Shown here: piece by piece, positions 24,123-37,498 of the stretch
How positions within the stretch are numbered: the first letter of the stretch is position 1
How the letters are laid out: each line of letters opens with the position of its first letter
DNA from: Trichosphaerium sp. ATCC 40318
Taxonomy: Eukaryota > Protista > Tubulinea
DNA length: 64,000 bases
Direction of reading: 5' to 3'
Assembly (NCBI GenBank): GCA_038496445.1
Contig: JALMLS010000374.1
Coordinates: 186,001 to 250,000 of the forward strand
Translations under genes and position numbers: made by a program
Notes under the pieces: generated by a model
The model's input: only the letters and a program-made list of their open reading frames with translations
Told to the model about the DNA's origin: nothing
Databases searched by the model: none

Positions 24123-27100
24123 ATGAGTTCGGACGTAGGGGCTGCACAGAGTGAGAAAGAACAGAAGCTCTCAAGGCTCCGCCAAGAGACTATGAAGGAA
24201 ATCGTCACAACTGAGTATGCTTACATCGAGGATATAAAGGCTTGCATAACAGTACGTTTTAAAGATTATTTATCAAGGAAGTGTATTTTAGGAGCATGAA
24301 AGTTATCGACAGTCAAATACTGTTTCATCACGCACGAACTAAACCATACAATAGCACTTCGTTACGCCACTTACTACAGGGAAACACTCTCAAGTACTAC
24401 CTCAAGATGATGTTAAAACGATATTTTCAGTGCGTTTCCTTAACTATAGCATTATATAACCTTCACCGGTCGCCTTTGTGAACTGTTCAACTCCGCTTCA
24501 AACATTCAGACTCTAAATAATGTATTTCTGTGTAGAATCTGCCTCAGATACTAGGAATTAACCAGGCGCTATATAAGTCTGTTCGGGAAAATATGGGCGT
24601 CATTACAGACCAAAGTAGTGTCAAAAGTATGGCAAACGCGTTTTTACAAATGGTACGCACAAGTAAACACATACAGATATACGCTAACGTCTAATAAATC
24701 ATTTGCTTCGATTTCGTTTCCTTTGATATTAACTCTCTTCTTTATAGGCTGATTACTTGAAAATGTACACAGGGTATATTGATAACTATGATTCAGCACT
24801 TGAGAAATTGCAGGAATGCCGTAAAAAGTATCCTAAGTTTGCAAAGTTTGAATCTGTACGAACTTCGGTTTTTGTGGAGAAATTTCTTATTTGTTTGGAA
24901 CTAGGAAACAGCGAAAAAGGCTCAAGTACTGCGTATAGATGATTTAATAGTACGACCTGTACAACGTATTTGGTGCGTTTTTGATTTTTTTAAATTCCTT
25001 TTATGCTAATTATGGTCTAGTAAATATCCCCTACTGTTTGACGTGCGTTGTAGTCGGTTTAAATCATATTTGACATAAAACGTTAACAAAAAGCGTAGAG
25101 TCTTATTAAAAATACTCCAGAGACACATGAAGTGCGTCCGTTATTAAAAGAAACGCTCGGAAAGGTTAAAGCAATAGCAAATCATGTAAATAAGTCTACG
25201 TACGTTTCCAAACATCCTTTACGAGTGTGTTTAACTCGAAACTAGAGGCTCAAAACAAAATTTTCAAAAGATGGTTGACTTTGCTGATCGGCTAAAAAGC
25301 AGGTGCGCGTTTAAAATAATACTTTGTACGCTTACTAATAGCATTGTAGCCTGGATGTGCGTGTTCTGATCATAAAACGTTTTGAATTCTTTTTTTTCCC
25401 TCTTGGAAGCGCTTGTACAGTGCTGTATTGACTTAGAAATAGGGAGAGGACTTGTTTGAGAACAATCGTAGTTTGATAAAGGAAGGTGCCATTGAAGTTG
25501 GTAGCAGTCAAGGAGGTCCGGTAGAAGAACGTACTGTGCTTATATTTTCGGATATGATTCTCATTACAAAGCCGAAAAAAAAGAAGCAATTGGCTGTAGT
25601 ACATAAACTACTCCTTTCTAATTGCTCAGACCCAAAAGAAGCAGAACGTACGTACAGGAGAGATGAGAATTTCTCTTTTTTTTTTTTGGTTTATTTCCGT
25701 TAATGTCTTCTTTAGAGGATGTTGCGTTTGATTTGCAGTGCAAGGATGACACATACTGTTTTATTACGAACTCTCAGTTAGATAAGAAAAGCTGGATGTC
25801 TGCAATATCCGGCCAGATTGTTACTGCAAAAGCATTGGTAAGACATTCACTTTTTCCTTTTTTTTTTTTTTGTGCTTACGTTGTTTGAAAGGCAAAGGAG
25901 CAGAGAAAGCGTAGACGTATGTCACATGATAAGGTGAAGGCAAAAAGAAGTGCAATGGTGAAATCACCATCCAGAAAGTACAAAGAAAACCCGGGCCTTT
26001 GCGGCACCAACACTGTTTCTTTTTCGTTTCTAAGTTAACTTCTCGTTGACCTTTTTTAAATTGTTATTTTTAATTTCTCTATTAATAGTATGAGAAAGAA
26101 GAAAAGGCATTCTAGAACAGGTTCAGCATCATCAGATAGCATAGAAGGATTACCAACGTTAAAGAAACTTGTACGTGATATTGACTAATCAAACTTTTTT
26201 TATTTGTTTTTGGTAAAAGATTGATTTGATTCTCACATTCTTTTGTAGTCATCTAATACTATACATGTATCACCAAAAAGGAGAAGAGGCGGTGAAGAAC
26301 CAAAGACACCAAAAGAAGCAAAAGAGCCAAAGACACCAACAGCGTACGCTGTTTTGATTCTTCCAATTTTTTTCTTTTTTTCAAGTGTCGCTCTGAAAAA
26401 TTCACGTGCGAAACTGGAGTAATAAACCTAGAATGGATTGCCTTAGGGTGATTCAGATCTATGTACCTATCCTAGATACGGAGAAATTGCTAAGGATAAT
26501 TTTACACAACAGTTCTCATAAAAACCTAAAAAAATCCGTTGCATTTTCTTTTTTGTTTTTGAAGACAATAAACCCCATTCTGTTCACACAATCTTAAAAA
26601 ACCACCCGCGTGCATGTGATTCAATTATTAACTCGCCTTTTTTTAGAGCGACTAATGGAAAACAAGAAGCAGCAATTCATAAGAGCGGTGTACCTCTTAA
26701 TATAAGAAGTCCACCAGACTTAGTGCCTCCGCCTATAACAGTTAATGGATCTCCAAGCAGTCCTACAGCTAGGCCTGTTCCTCCCGCTCCACCAACAGAT
26801 GGATTTGCGCCACCACCTCCTATATTCGCTCCACCTCCACGCGTTGCTGATGCACCAGAAAGCCAAGTTCCAGGTATAGTTATTATTGAGCTTAAAAAAA
26901 AGTTGTTTTTTCTTTCTCTGTTCGCTAAGTTCTTACTTTCTTGTAGCTTCGCCTAATAGTGCTACTGTCCCTCCGCCTATATTAGAAGATGCTACTACTA
27001 CTGATACTAGTAGCGCTTCAGAAAAAACAAAAGAAAAAAAGTTAGAGCATTTGGTAACGGAGTACAAAAAAACAAAGGCTGAGAATTCAAAGTTGAAAGA

Positions 27101-27266
27101 AAAGCTTTCTGCTCTACAAGAACTATTGAAAGAGAAGGATAATGTTCTTTTGAGTATGAATAACCTTTTAAATAATTTGAGCGCTTCTGTGACTGATATG
27201 AAAAAAATGATACCAGATGCTGTAAAGAGCAAACAAGAAAAAAAAGATGATGATAATGATGGATGA
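24123..27266 (+). CDS. RhoGEF (DH-PH) with Pro-rich region and C-terminal coiled coil
   Basis: RQETMKEIVTTEYAYIEDI, LKMYTGYIDNYDSAL, DLIVRPVQRI..YPLLF, ERTVLIFSDMILITK, KKSWMSAI. Confidence 0.9.
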
Positions 27267-27841
27267 TGATTTTTTTTTTTGGAAAAGATATTTTTTTTAT
27301 ATTACACTGGTCGTGGTAAACAAAATATTGTAAAAAACAAGATCATTTTGTACTTTAAATAATAATTAATGGAAAACAGAAACGAGAGTTAATTGAAGAA
27401 GCAAGAAGTGAAGAGAATTCACGAAAGAACTTTTTTCAGGTTTTTTTTTTTTGCGACTTTTTTTTGGGTTGTTTGCGACTAGATCTTTATGAAATTCTGT
27501 TATCTCAGTACGGATACTTCCGAGAAATGTCAGTGTGTAATTGTGTTGACGATAATGTTTTGTGTTGGCGTGGTTACTCAGTTTTCTTCGAAAATTATAA
27601 ACGTTGTTTAGAATAAGAAAACTGATATCCTATTGAAAAGTGGACTAGATCCCTTGTTCGGAGAATAGTCACGGAATCGGAAAATAAATAAGTTTTTTTA
27701 ATCCATGTATTCATTAACTTACGGTTAATTGATCGTACTTGGAATCACGTGAGAAAGAGAAAATGTGTACAAATGACACGCGCCGAGATCATTCTAAATA
27801 AATTGACTCATCGATAAAGCAAGTCCTCAAGCTTCATTACC

Positions 27842-30075
27842 ATGAAAATAAGAGAAGCTACTCTTCTGTTAGGTATCACTCAACAACATGCAAATAGTAC
27901 ATATCATCTACACGTGCTCACGTTGCGTTTTAGGATTTTTCTTATCATTTGTCGCGTGTTGTTCTGTTTACACCGAAGTGGATGGTTCTGATTCTCTAGG
28001 GAACGGATCGTTAGAAAAACCTTTCTATTCACTCGCAAAGGCAGTGTCTATGGTTGATGGACCGTCTGAATCATTTGTAGTATGCATCGGAGGCACGTGT
28101 TTTTACTGAAAGATCCAGCTTAATATTGTCGGTTATTTACACGTGTTACTTGTTATACAGGTGGTGTATATAACGATACAAATAATAAAATTGAAATAAT
28201 AACACGTGGCGATGTTTCTATACGTAAGTTTTATGTTAACGCTTTATTACCTCATAACTTGAATGGATGGGTATGTTATGGTGTTTGCTATAAGTTATTT
28301 TAACTATTGTTACAATAGACTATTATAAAAAAGAGTGGGTCTCTTGAGGTTGACGAGCTGAGCAGTTCTCTCAATTTGCAAGTTGCAAGTTTTTTAACAA
28401 TCACGAATTGTACTTTTAATGAAAAGCTTCATTGTACGCTTACGGCACTTCCTACTATGTAGGGAAACGGTATGTGTATTTAATATTACTATAGTGACTG
28501 TAGTTGGATCGGAGAGTACTAAGCTTCAAAATGTTTGGTTTAGCGAGAGCAATGTTGAGATAAATTCCAAGAAAGATATTGTTCTTGAGGATGTTTCGTT
28601 TTATGATGTTAACATTACTCTTATTTCAGGTTAGCACAGTTATAAAAAATGAGTTAACTTGGTGGGCAGGTGATAACTTGGTAATAAACAAGGGTCATTT
28701 CGAAGAGCAAAGAGCAACTTTTTGGCTACAGTCAAGCAACATTTCATTCATCGATACAGTCTTCAAATACAGTGACATCATTGTATGTATAACTCTAGAT
28801 CCATGCAATATATCACACTTATATCTTTGTATTAGCCATCTCATCCATTCATGAGTATTACAATGACTAAGTCACTTACAAACTCTAAAACACTTGATTC
28901 GGAATTAAAGTTTCTGAATTGTAGTTTTTCAGATGTTGTAACTTCTCACATGGTCAACAATGATAATGATTTGTTTACAATAGCAGAAATAACACCGCAA
29001 GACGTAAGTAAAGAGTTGTTTTATCGGAATAACCTAAATGAGAAACCTAGAAAGGAGACAAATACACATTTTCTTTAGAAGTAACTGGATCGGAGTTTTC
29101 GAACAATAGAGTTGTACAACAGGTGTCCAGCGAGAAGTGTTTGACTTGGTATAATTCTAAGTTTCTTATAAGGGATATGTCATTCACTCACCACCATTTC
29201 ATGTTGTTGAATCAAACGAAGTCACAGTTACTACATATTTTCACAACAATGTATTCAAAGACAAAGGTAACTAGAAGTTCTATTTTCACACATGCTAATG
29301 TGATAGTTGTCTGCAAAACATCCGGGTATTTCAGTCATGAGCATATGCTCACTTGCAAGCCTTGTATATTAGGGTCTTATGCCGTGAATACCAGCGCTCC
29401 TGAGTGTACTCTTTGCCCACCAGGTATCTCAACGATAGATATGAGTTTTTCTAATAAAAAAAAACAGGAACATTTGGCAATACCACAGGACTATCCGATT
29501 GCTTCCCTTGCAGTTTTGGCACTTACAGTGAGCAGTGCGTTGTTTTCCCTGCCTTCTACATTTTACATCTATACCTAGGTACGGTGCAACAAGTTGCGCT
29601 GAATGTCCACTTGATAGTACTTCCAGTATAAGCGCTAAAGGCTGTGATTGCAATGCAGGTAACTAAAGCAGCGTTGATAAGCTCTGTTGATTCTAATGGA
29701 AGGGTACTACTGGAAAGAAAACACATGCAAGGAGTGTTTTTTCATGACATCTGATGTTGGATCTACAAAGTGTATAAAAGGTAATATCATACTTTGATAG
29801 TACTATGATCAATAAAGCGCTTACACTAATAGTTGGATTGCTTGTTTATATAACTATTGGTGGATCTGTGTTGGTGTTGATTTTGGTGATTGGTACATTG
29901 AATTCCATTACTCAGTGTACTTACTTCCTCAGCAGTTATAGTTGGGTTGTGCATTGCTTATAGACGTGGTAAAAAACCAATGGCATATGTATCAGTTAAC
30001 TCAATTGAAAATAATGACAGTCTTTATCGTGATAATGATAACTACAATGACGATGATAATGACGACTCACAGTAG
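27842..30075 (+). CDS. Type I membrane protein with beta-helix-like ectodomain and Cys-rich (GCC2/GCC3-like) repeats
   Basis: Signal peptide, GSDSLGNGSLEKPFYSLAKAV, CKPCILGSYA...CTLCPPGTFG...CAECP...CDCNAGYY, TM, acidic tail. Confidence 0.75.
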
Positions 30076-30104
30076 TTGTTAAAAGAAATAAACAAAAGTT
30101 AATT

Positions 30105-30389
30105 TTATCTGAACAACAATTTATGTTCGAATTTACTCCAATCTAAAATCAGTTTGCACAGAAACAACACAATAACTTGGTACACAATAAGATAACCTAT
30201 TTTCTGTGTTAAACCTTGAACATTAGTCCTAAAGAAAGGAGACAATAGTAAGTTTTTCTTACTGATTAATAAAACTTTACTAGAGCAACAACTGCTTACA
30301 TATTGCACATGACGTGAAATAATTTTGCTGAATGTTTCCCAACTAATTAGTTTTGCACCTACCAGTGCACTTATTCCTATAGCCATCAT
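30105..30389 (-). pseudogene. Out-of-frame C-terminal cap of the adjacent F-box/LRR gene
   Basis: GISALVGAKLIS matches the cap GIIALVGARLIT of the 44461 gene and overlaps the stop of 30386-31600 in another frame. Confidence 0.55.
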
Positions 30390-31600
30390 TGATAGATAGT
30401 GTGTGCACCTGCCAATGCTGCAATGCCATTGTCTGTTATTGACTCACAACGATATAGGTCGATAGTGTGCACACCTGCCAATGCCTTCAAACCTTCATCT
30501 GTTACATTTGTAAATGATAAATTAGTCTCATGTACACCTGCCAATGCTGCAATGCCATTGTTTGTTATTGAATTACAACGACATAGGGAGATAGTGTGCA
30601 CACCTGCCAATGCCTTCAAACCTTCATCTGTTACATTTGTAGCTGATAAATCAATCTCATGTACACCTGCCAATGCCGCAATGCCATTGTCTGTTATTGA
30701 CTTACAACTATGTAGGTTGATAGTGTGTACACCTGCCAATGCCGCAATGCCATTGTCTGTTATTGAATTACAACTATGTAGGTTGATAGTGTGTACGCCT
30801 GCCAATGCTGCAATGCCATTGTCTGTTATTGAATTACAACGATATAGGTTGATAGTGTGTACACCTGCCAATGCCGCAATGCCATTGTCTGTTATTGACT
30901 CACAACGATATAGGTTGATAGTGTGCACACCTGCCAATGCCTTCAAACCTTCACCTGTTACATTTGTAGCTGATAAATCAATCTCATGTACACCTGCCAA
31001 TGCCTTCAAACCTTCATCTGTTACATTTGTAGCTGATAAATTAATCTTATGTACACCTGCCAATGCCGCAATGCCATTGTCTGTTATTGACTTACAACTA
31101 AATAGGTTGATAGTGTGTACGCCTGCCAATGCCGCAATGCCATTGTCTGTTATTGAATTACAACTAGATAGATTGATAGTGTGTACGCCTGCCAATGCCG
31201 CAATGCCATTGTCTGTTATTGAATTACAACGATATAGGTTGATAGTGTGTACACCTGCCAATGCCGCAATGCCATTGTCTGTTATTGACTTACAACTAAA
31301 TAGGTTGATAGTGTGTACGCCTGCCAATGCCGCAATAATGTCGTTTGGTAGCTTACATCGGCTGAGATCAATAGTCGTATTGTGGAGTAATGGACTACCA
31401 GAAAGCATCTGAACTTTAGTTGTGTTTTTAGTACGGATACAACCATACCCAACATGGTTGTGAACAATATCTCGTAAAAGATGGCATGTTTGGGCTGTAC
31501 GAAGCGTATACGTCCCTTGTTTGAGAATATGGACTATTAACTCAATTGGTAGCGCAACAAGGTCGAATACTTGGTTGAACTGTGCTTGTTGTTGTTCCAT
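30386..31600 (-). CDS. Intronless F-box/LRR protein with 14 complete, near-identical LRR units
   Basis: F-box LPIELIVHIL...TCHLLRDIV; ten 22-aa LAGVHTINLxxCxSITDNGIAA units and four 21-aa LAGVHxIxLSxTNVTDEGLKA units. Confidence 0.92.
   Translation of the reverse strand: MEQQQAQFNQVFDLVALPIELIVHILKQGTYTLRTAQTCHLLRDIVHNHVGYGCIRTKNTTKVQMLSGSPLLHNTTIDLSRCKLPNDIIAALAGVHTINLFSCKSITDNGIAALAGVHTINLYRCNSITDNGIAALAGVHTINLSSCNSITDNGIAALAGVHTINLFSCKSITDNGIAALAGVHKINLSATNVTDEGLKALAGVHEIDLSATNVTGEGLKALAGVHTINLYRCESITDNGIAALAGVHTINLYRCNSITDNGIAALAGVHTINLHSCNSITDNGIAALAGVHTINLHSCKSITDNGIAALAGVHEIDLSATNVTDEGLKALAGVHTISLCRCNSITNNGIAALAGVHETNLSFTNVTDEGLKALAGVHTIDLYRCESITDNGIAALAGAHTIYQ
30400..31335. repeat. 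Coding tandem repeat of 66- and 63-bp units
   Basis: Recurrent cctgccaatgccgcaatgccattgtctgttattga and cctgccaatgccttcaaaccttcatctgttacatttgta. Confidence 0.95.
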
Positions 31601-32130
31601 GTATGATCACCGTTAGTTTTCGTTAAGACAATGTTATAAACTAAAAAGAGAACTTGAGGGATTAAATGCGTTTAGCTGGGTGATATTAAATTAAACACTT
31701 AAGGAGCTCTATCAGAAAATTCACTAAAATTTGCTCTCAAATCGTACTAAAAACATACAAGAGGTGACTTCAGAAGCGTGTAAATGTGTGGAACACATCC
31801 GGTGGTTTTTTTTCCCCATGTTCACATGAAAGTCACAAACTTCACGTGAAATTGTTGTAGCTGACACCGAGACTATATTTCGCTCAAAAGAACGAATAAC
31901 AAGTGCTATAGATACGTTTAAGAACGTCTCCTGAAAAAGAGATGAATCTAAGTTCAAGAGAACTACAATCGCTATAAACACTCCCTAACGCGTTAATAGT
32001 ATATATAGCTTGTATTCAATCCAATGGCGGGCAATAAAATGTCCGTTCACGAAAGGAATTTCGCTAAAAAGAAAAAATATTGAATTTCCACAGCAACAAA
32101 TTATTAAAACAACACCAAGATAAACAACAA

Positions 32131-33619
32131 ATGGCAGCAAGTAAGATAGTAACTGTAACAGGCGCTACTGGGTTCGTTGGCGGTCATGCCATCAAAATAC
32201 TGTTAGAAAAGGGATATAATGTACGCGGTACTGTCCGTAATGCAAAGAACAAGGATAGGACAAAGCACTTGTTCGCTATTGCTGATAAGACTCCAGGAAA
32301 CCTTAAACTATACGGTAAGATGTGTAAATTTTTTCGAGTTTGTCCGAGCTGCACTTTGTTCACGTGATAAAAATTGAAAATTTTTGTTTTGTTACTAGAC
32401 GACTTCGGGCTTTGAGGTTTTGTGTTGGGTATTGTTTTTACTAATGTTGGTTTACGTGTAGAAGCTGATTTGAGCAATGAAGGGTCTTTTGAAGAAGCTA
32501 TTGATGGCGCTGATGCCGTACTTCATATTGCTTCACCAGTAACAATGACAGCTCAAAACCCTGAAGAAGAAATAGTCAAACCAGCGTAAGTTTTGTGTAT
32601 AACTCTCAATCGCAGCATCTTACTTGTGCTTAGTATTCAAGGTGCACTTAATGTCTTGCGTACATGCAAAAAAGTTGGTTCAGTGAAGAAGGTAATTAAT
32701 TGTAACAAAGAGAAACCTCAAGATATTTCTTTTGCAAAGCGATACTGACATTAAGAGTTATTTTACTTGCTTCCTAACTAATAATTAGGTCGTTATGACG
32801 TCTTCAGTTGCAGCTGTACGTTGGGCTGGAAAAGAACCTTCTGGCACACCAGCTGTATTCACGGAGAAGGACTGGAACACTGTTTCTACTATTAGTACTG
32901 AACCTTACCCAGTAAGCAAGGTAAAGGCCGAACAAGCTGCATGGGACTTTGTCAAAGAAGACAAGTCGTTTTCTCTTGTAACAATCTGTCCGTCTTTCAT
33001 ATTAGGACCAGTTTTAAGTCCAGGAAGATTAAGCGAAAGCTTATCAGCAGTAAAAAGGTACAACAGTCAAAAGAAACCATCTTGCTAACAATATTGAAAG
33101 TCTCATCACTGGTGGATACCCACGTGTTCCAGATATGTATTTTGGTATAACTGATGTAAGAGATGTTGCTTTGGCTCATATTATTTCGATGGAGAAGGAA
33201 GAAATTCAAAGTAAGAGGAAGCTTGTTCGGTTTTTTTTCTTACTTTTTGTTTAATAGACGAACGTTATATCTGCTCAAGAAACGGTCTTGTTGCAATGCT
33301 TGATTTGTCTAAAGCGCTCAAGAAGTTGTATCCAAAACAACCTATTCCTATGAACACCATGCCTAACTTTGCAATGTACGCAGCAGCAATATTTGATAAG
33401 AGATTATCTTGGAATTATTTGAACAACACTCTTGGAAAGAAGTATCACTACAACAACGAAAAGATTGTCAGGTTCGTACCTTTTGCACTGTGCTACTATT
33501 TCAAAGAGATAAACTAACAACTTACAAGTGAGCTTGGTATACAATTCAAGGATATGGATACATCACTTAGAGACAGCATTGAGGCTATGGCTGAACATGG
33601 ACACTTTGAATTAAAGTAG
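32131..33619 (+). CDS. NAD(P)-dependent epimerase/reductase (extended SDR, dihydroflavonol/aldehyde reductase-like)
   Basis: VTVTGATGFVGGH, VRGTVR, VLHIASP, VVMTSSVAA, YPVSKVKAEQAAW, TDVRDVALAH. Confidence 0.92.
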
Positions 33620-34332
33620 TGGAGTTAAGAAATAAAATATCAGATAGTTCTATACAGCGACAAGGTTAACTTTTAAGTAAATTGCTGATTTTAAACAATT
33701 TTACTACGGCATCCTACGGTGCCCATACTTCTGTCACATGGCCGCAATGTGATATAAAAGCGTCGACAGTAGTGATAGGGTGGAGAAAGATGGAGATTCT
33801 GAGAAATCGCCAAAAAACTGATACCTTTTGCTAATTTTTATTAGTTTTGTTTTTACAAACTCTACACCATTTGAAAGGGGAGAATATATACAGTAAAACG
33901 TTTTCACTTCCAAAATGTTTTTTGGCAGGCATAGCTGGCCGCTAGAGCTAAATTACCAAAAAAAAAAAATTGCATGAAAAATGGAGAAACCTGTAGTGGT
34001 TGTCACGTGATCTTTACAAAAAAACTACGTACTCAACAACAGTCTGCTTTGAACGTATGAACTAAATGGAACAAAAACTTTAGTAGAGAAAGTTGTTTCA
34101 GAATCACGTGATTTTTGTTACGCGTATTAACAAAGCATGTATGCCGAACAGCCATGAAGTTCTAGGGTAATACCAAACATGCTAATACTCAATAGTTCAA
34201 GTGAGTTCAAAGACAAAACTTAAACCACTTGGCGAACAAAAAACACATGATATCAGCCTTGTATTTCTGAGTTCATTTCTGATGTAACAGTACGCTTTTT
34301 TTATGTAATTACATTGTATTGTATAAATTAAT

Positions 34333-37288
34333 TTAGTTATCAATGCTAGCAGAAGGTGTTAAATATATAGGCTCGGTTTCAGAGTAAGAATTCTGATGTA
34401 CATCCAAACTTTCATACAGTGGAAAATCGATATCTGATTCATTGTTTTCTTCTTTACCAATACCCTCAAGATCTACCAATATAGACTTGAATAATGGACG
34501 TTTCTTAGGATTAGAATGCCAGCATTTTTCAATACAAGAGCGCCATGAAGGTGTAACAAATTCTACAAAAAAGAAAAAGTTAAGATTCTGATATCTCGCT
34601 ACTTTACAACTAACCTGGTAATTTCAATCGTTCACCTGATATTACCTTAATAGCCCAAGACATACAATTAAATCCTGAAGGTAAAGGTGTTTGTTGACAA
34701 TGTATTTCCCACCTTAGAAGAAACATGAGATCGAAAAAGAAGGGTACAGTTATTGCTACAATATAACTCACATTAGGATTGCAAAAGAATAAACATCGGC
34801 GCGTCTTGAATAATTTCCTGAATGATCTAGTATCTCTGGTGCCATCCAAGCTAGTAAAGCGTTAGATTAACACACCAATACTCTAATAACATACGTAAGG
34901 CCCCATGTGTACCACTAGCTATTCCTGAAGTGTACTCACGTTTATCTGTTAAAAAAAATTAGCCAACATTGAGAAAACATACAAATGCTCACCAAGTACT
35001 TTACTCAATCCAAAATCTGATACTTTTGCTCTACCACTTACATCTAACTAAGAAAAACTTAGCTAACAACTAGAGTTAATGTCACATACCAATACATTGC
35101 CACTGTTGAGATCTCTATGTAGTATTGGAATCGAATGCAAGTACTTCATACCACTTTACAAAGTTAGTACAAAAAGCCTGATCAAGATTCTAATTATGTA
35201 TACCTTGCTATATCTAGAGTTATCCTCAATTGCTTAGGTTTTGATAGAACACCTTTCTTAAGTACATCTTGAAGTGTTCCCCATGCCATGTACTAACAGA
35301 ACGTGAGTATTGTTGAAACTAATATAAATACAATGTTACCTCAAGAATCAGGTATTTGTCTTCCTCATCCTCTAAGCATGCTCCAAGAAACTGAACTATT
35401 CTTGGGTGCCTTACTTTTGTTAAAACATTCAATTCATCAATGAACAGCTGCTCTATAAAACAAATGTTAGGAATACGTTTTATGATGATTTTTTCTTTTG
35501 TTACCTTTGTCTTTATTTCTGAAATGCATCTTTGATATTATCTAAAAAAATGTTAAGAAAAGACTCACCTGATACCTATATACAATACCTTACAAACAAC
35601 TTGCTCACCATGCCATTTTGCAAGCCGTACTTCAGCAAAGAAACCCTGTTGCAGAAAAAGTAAGAAAACAAATGGAATTGAAGATCTTGTACCTTTCCTA
35701 GAACCTTATCTTGAAGATAAATGTCTTCTTTACTAATACCCCAATTTGTAACTGTTTGTAGTAAAGTATAACTAGACAATAACTCAGAAACTTTGGACCT
35801 TAAGTCTTCCAGCTCTGCTTTTTGAATTGCATTGATCTTTTTCTGTTTGGCCAATTCTGTTCGAATCTCAAGATCGCTTCTTCCATCGTCTTTTGATGTT
35901 GCACTTCTCCTCCTTGGACGTGGAAGAATACTTTCAGATACACCTAACCGGGATATAGGTTTTAAATCGGCGACTATAGTTGGTGATGAAGCAGATTTAA
36001 TGTCAAGTTCGTCATTGATAGTTTTTGTTAATCTATTTGAGTTTTTTGCTGCCTCGATTGTCTTTGCTACTAAAAGGTGTCCAGAGCGTTGAGAACTTCT
36101 TCTCTTCTGTGAGTCATTATAGCTACTCTTTGAAACCTTCAAAGCTACTTGTGCTGCGTTTGAGAAAACATAAAGGTTCTCTGAATCGAAGGTTATTCCG
36201 GCAAGAACATTGTACTTTGTAGGCAATGCCAGATGAACAATACGTTTTGTCACAAGGTCAATAACAGATATAGTATTAAAACCATCGGTACAATATATCA
36301 CGTGAACATCCTTATCATAGTTAATGTATATCTGCTTGACGTTCTTTGGTTTTGTTAGAATATGTCTAGTATCACGTTTTTTAACATCAACAATATGTAT
36401 CTCGAACCCGCCTATAAATTCGAATGCCACAGCAAATACACCAGGAGATATAAAAGCCACATCCTCACAATGCCATTTACCACGTGATTTTGAGTCTTTT
36501 TTACTCCAGCAAGCACTTACACTTCCTGTAGAGTCAACTTTATAAATACCTTTTTTGCAAGCCAAATAAATATTTCCTTGCATATCTGTTGTCATCCCCA
36601 TACTTCCTTTAGCGCCACTTGCTCTAATAGTTGATTCATCTACTATAAGTGATACTCCACGCCTTTTTTTAAGTACTTCTACAACGGCATCAGTGCCTAT
36701 AGTTGCAAATATACGATCTTGATGCGAATCAAAGTACACGATTAGAGCAATCTATTACAAAACCGTTAATGGCACTTTTTTTTTCTTACTTTTTCTTTAA
36801 AAATCACGTGCGTCATCTTCGTCGTAGTCTTCTAATCCTACTAAGATCCTAACAATACCAGTATTTATATCCATGCTAATGATACCATCATTCGACTCAG
36901 CGAGTATGAGCTACATGAATAAGAAAAGGAACAAAAAGATTAAAATAATAAAAAAATCCTGTCATAGCCGGTTTTAGAAAGATGCTAAAATGCCGCTTTT
37001 ACCTTTGATTTACGTATAGTAATATCGTTTATCGAATCCAGAAATATTGTTCGCCCTTTTGCGGTCTTGTAGCCTTATTTCAAATTAAGCTCAAAGATAA
37101 CTCGCTAACGTACCTTTTTTCGCGCAGATATTACCTCCAATCACCTCTGCGGTGACTACTAAACGCTCTTGTTCCTGTTTGTTGTTAGTGATATTTTTAT
37201 GTGTAATAGCGCACCATAGAGGTATCTCACTACGCTCAAGAAACTGTTCGGGTCGTTGATGTCCAGTCGAATTCTTGTTAGTCCACAA
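34333..37288 (-). CDS. TKL-family protein kinase with N-terminal beta-propeller-like region (start uncertain)
   Basis: LGKGFFAEV, HPRIVQFLGAC, ILHRDLNSGNVL, VSDFGLS, WMAPE, DVYSFAILMWE, CWHSNPKKRP; upstream GMTTDMQGNIYLA and GITFDSENLYV. Confidence 0.88.
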
Positions 37289-37498
37289 AAGTATTTTCGG
37301 GTTTTTTCTTTCGGTTATCTCTTTTTACTACTCGTTCTCAGCTAGCACCTTTCCAATGCTCGAATTTCTTTAAGTTCTTAGTTCTTATACAACACGAAGA
37401 GCATGTTAATAGAAAAGACGACGATTTTATAAAGGGACAAGCAGTACAACTAATTTCTTTTTTTTTTGTTTTTCTGGCAAAGTTGATTTTCTTCTTCG

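Noticed and set aside
30400-31335. Diversity-generating retroelement
   Set aside because: The variants are compatible with adenine-directed change, but no reverse transcriptase or separate template repeat is present in the window
30399-31412. 337-aa plus-strand ORF (CTPANAAMPLSVI repeats)
   Set aside because: Antisense shadow of the LRR repeat; the minus strand carries the F-box and LRR consensus
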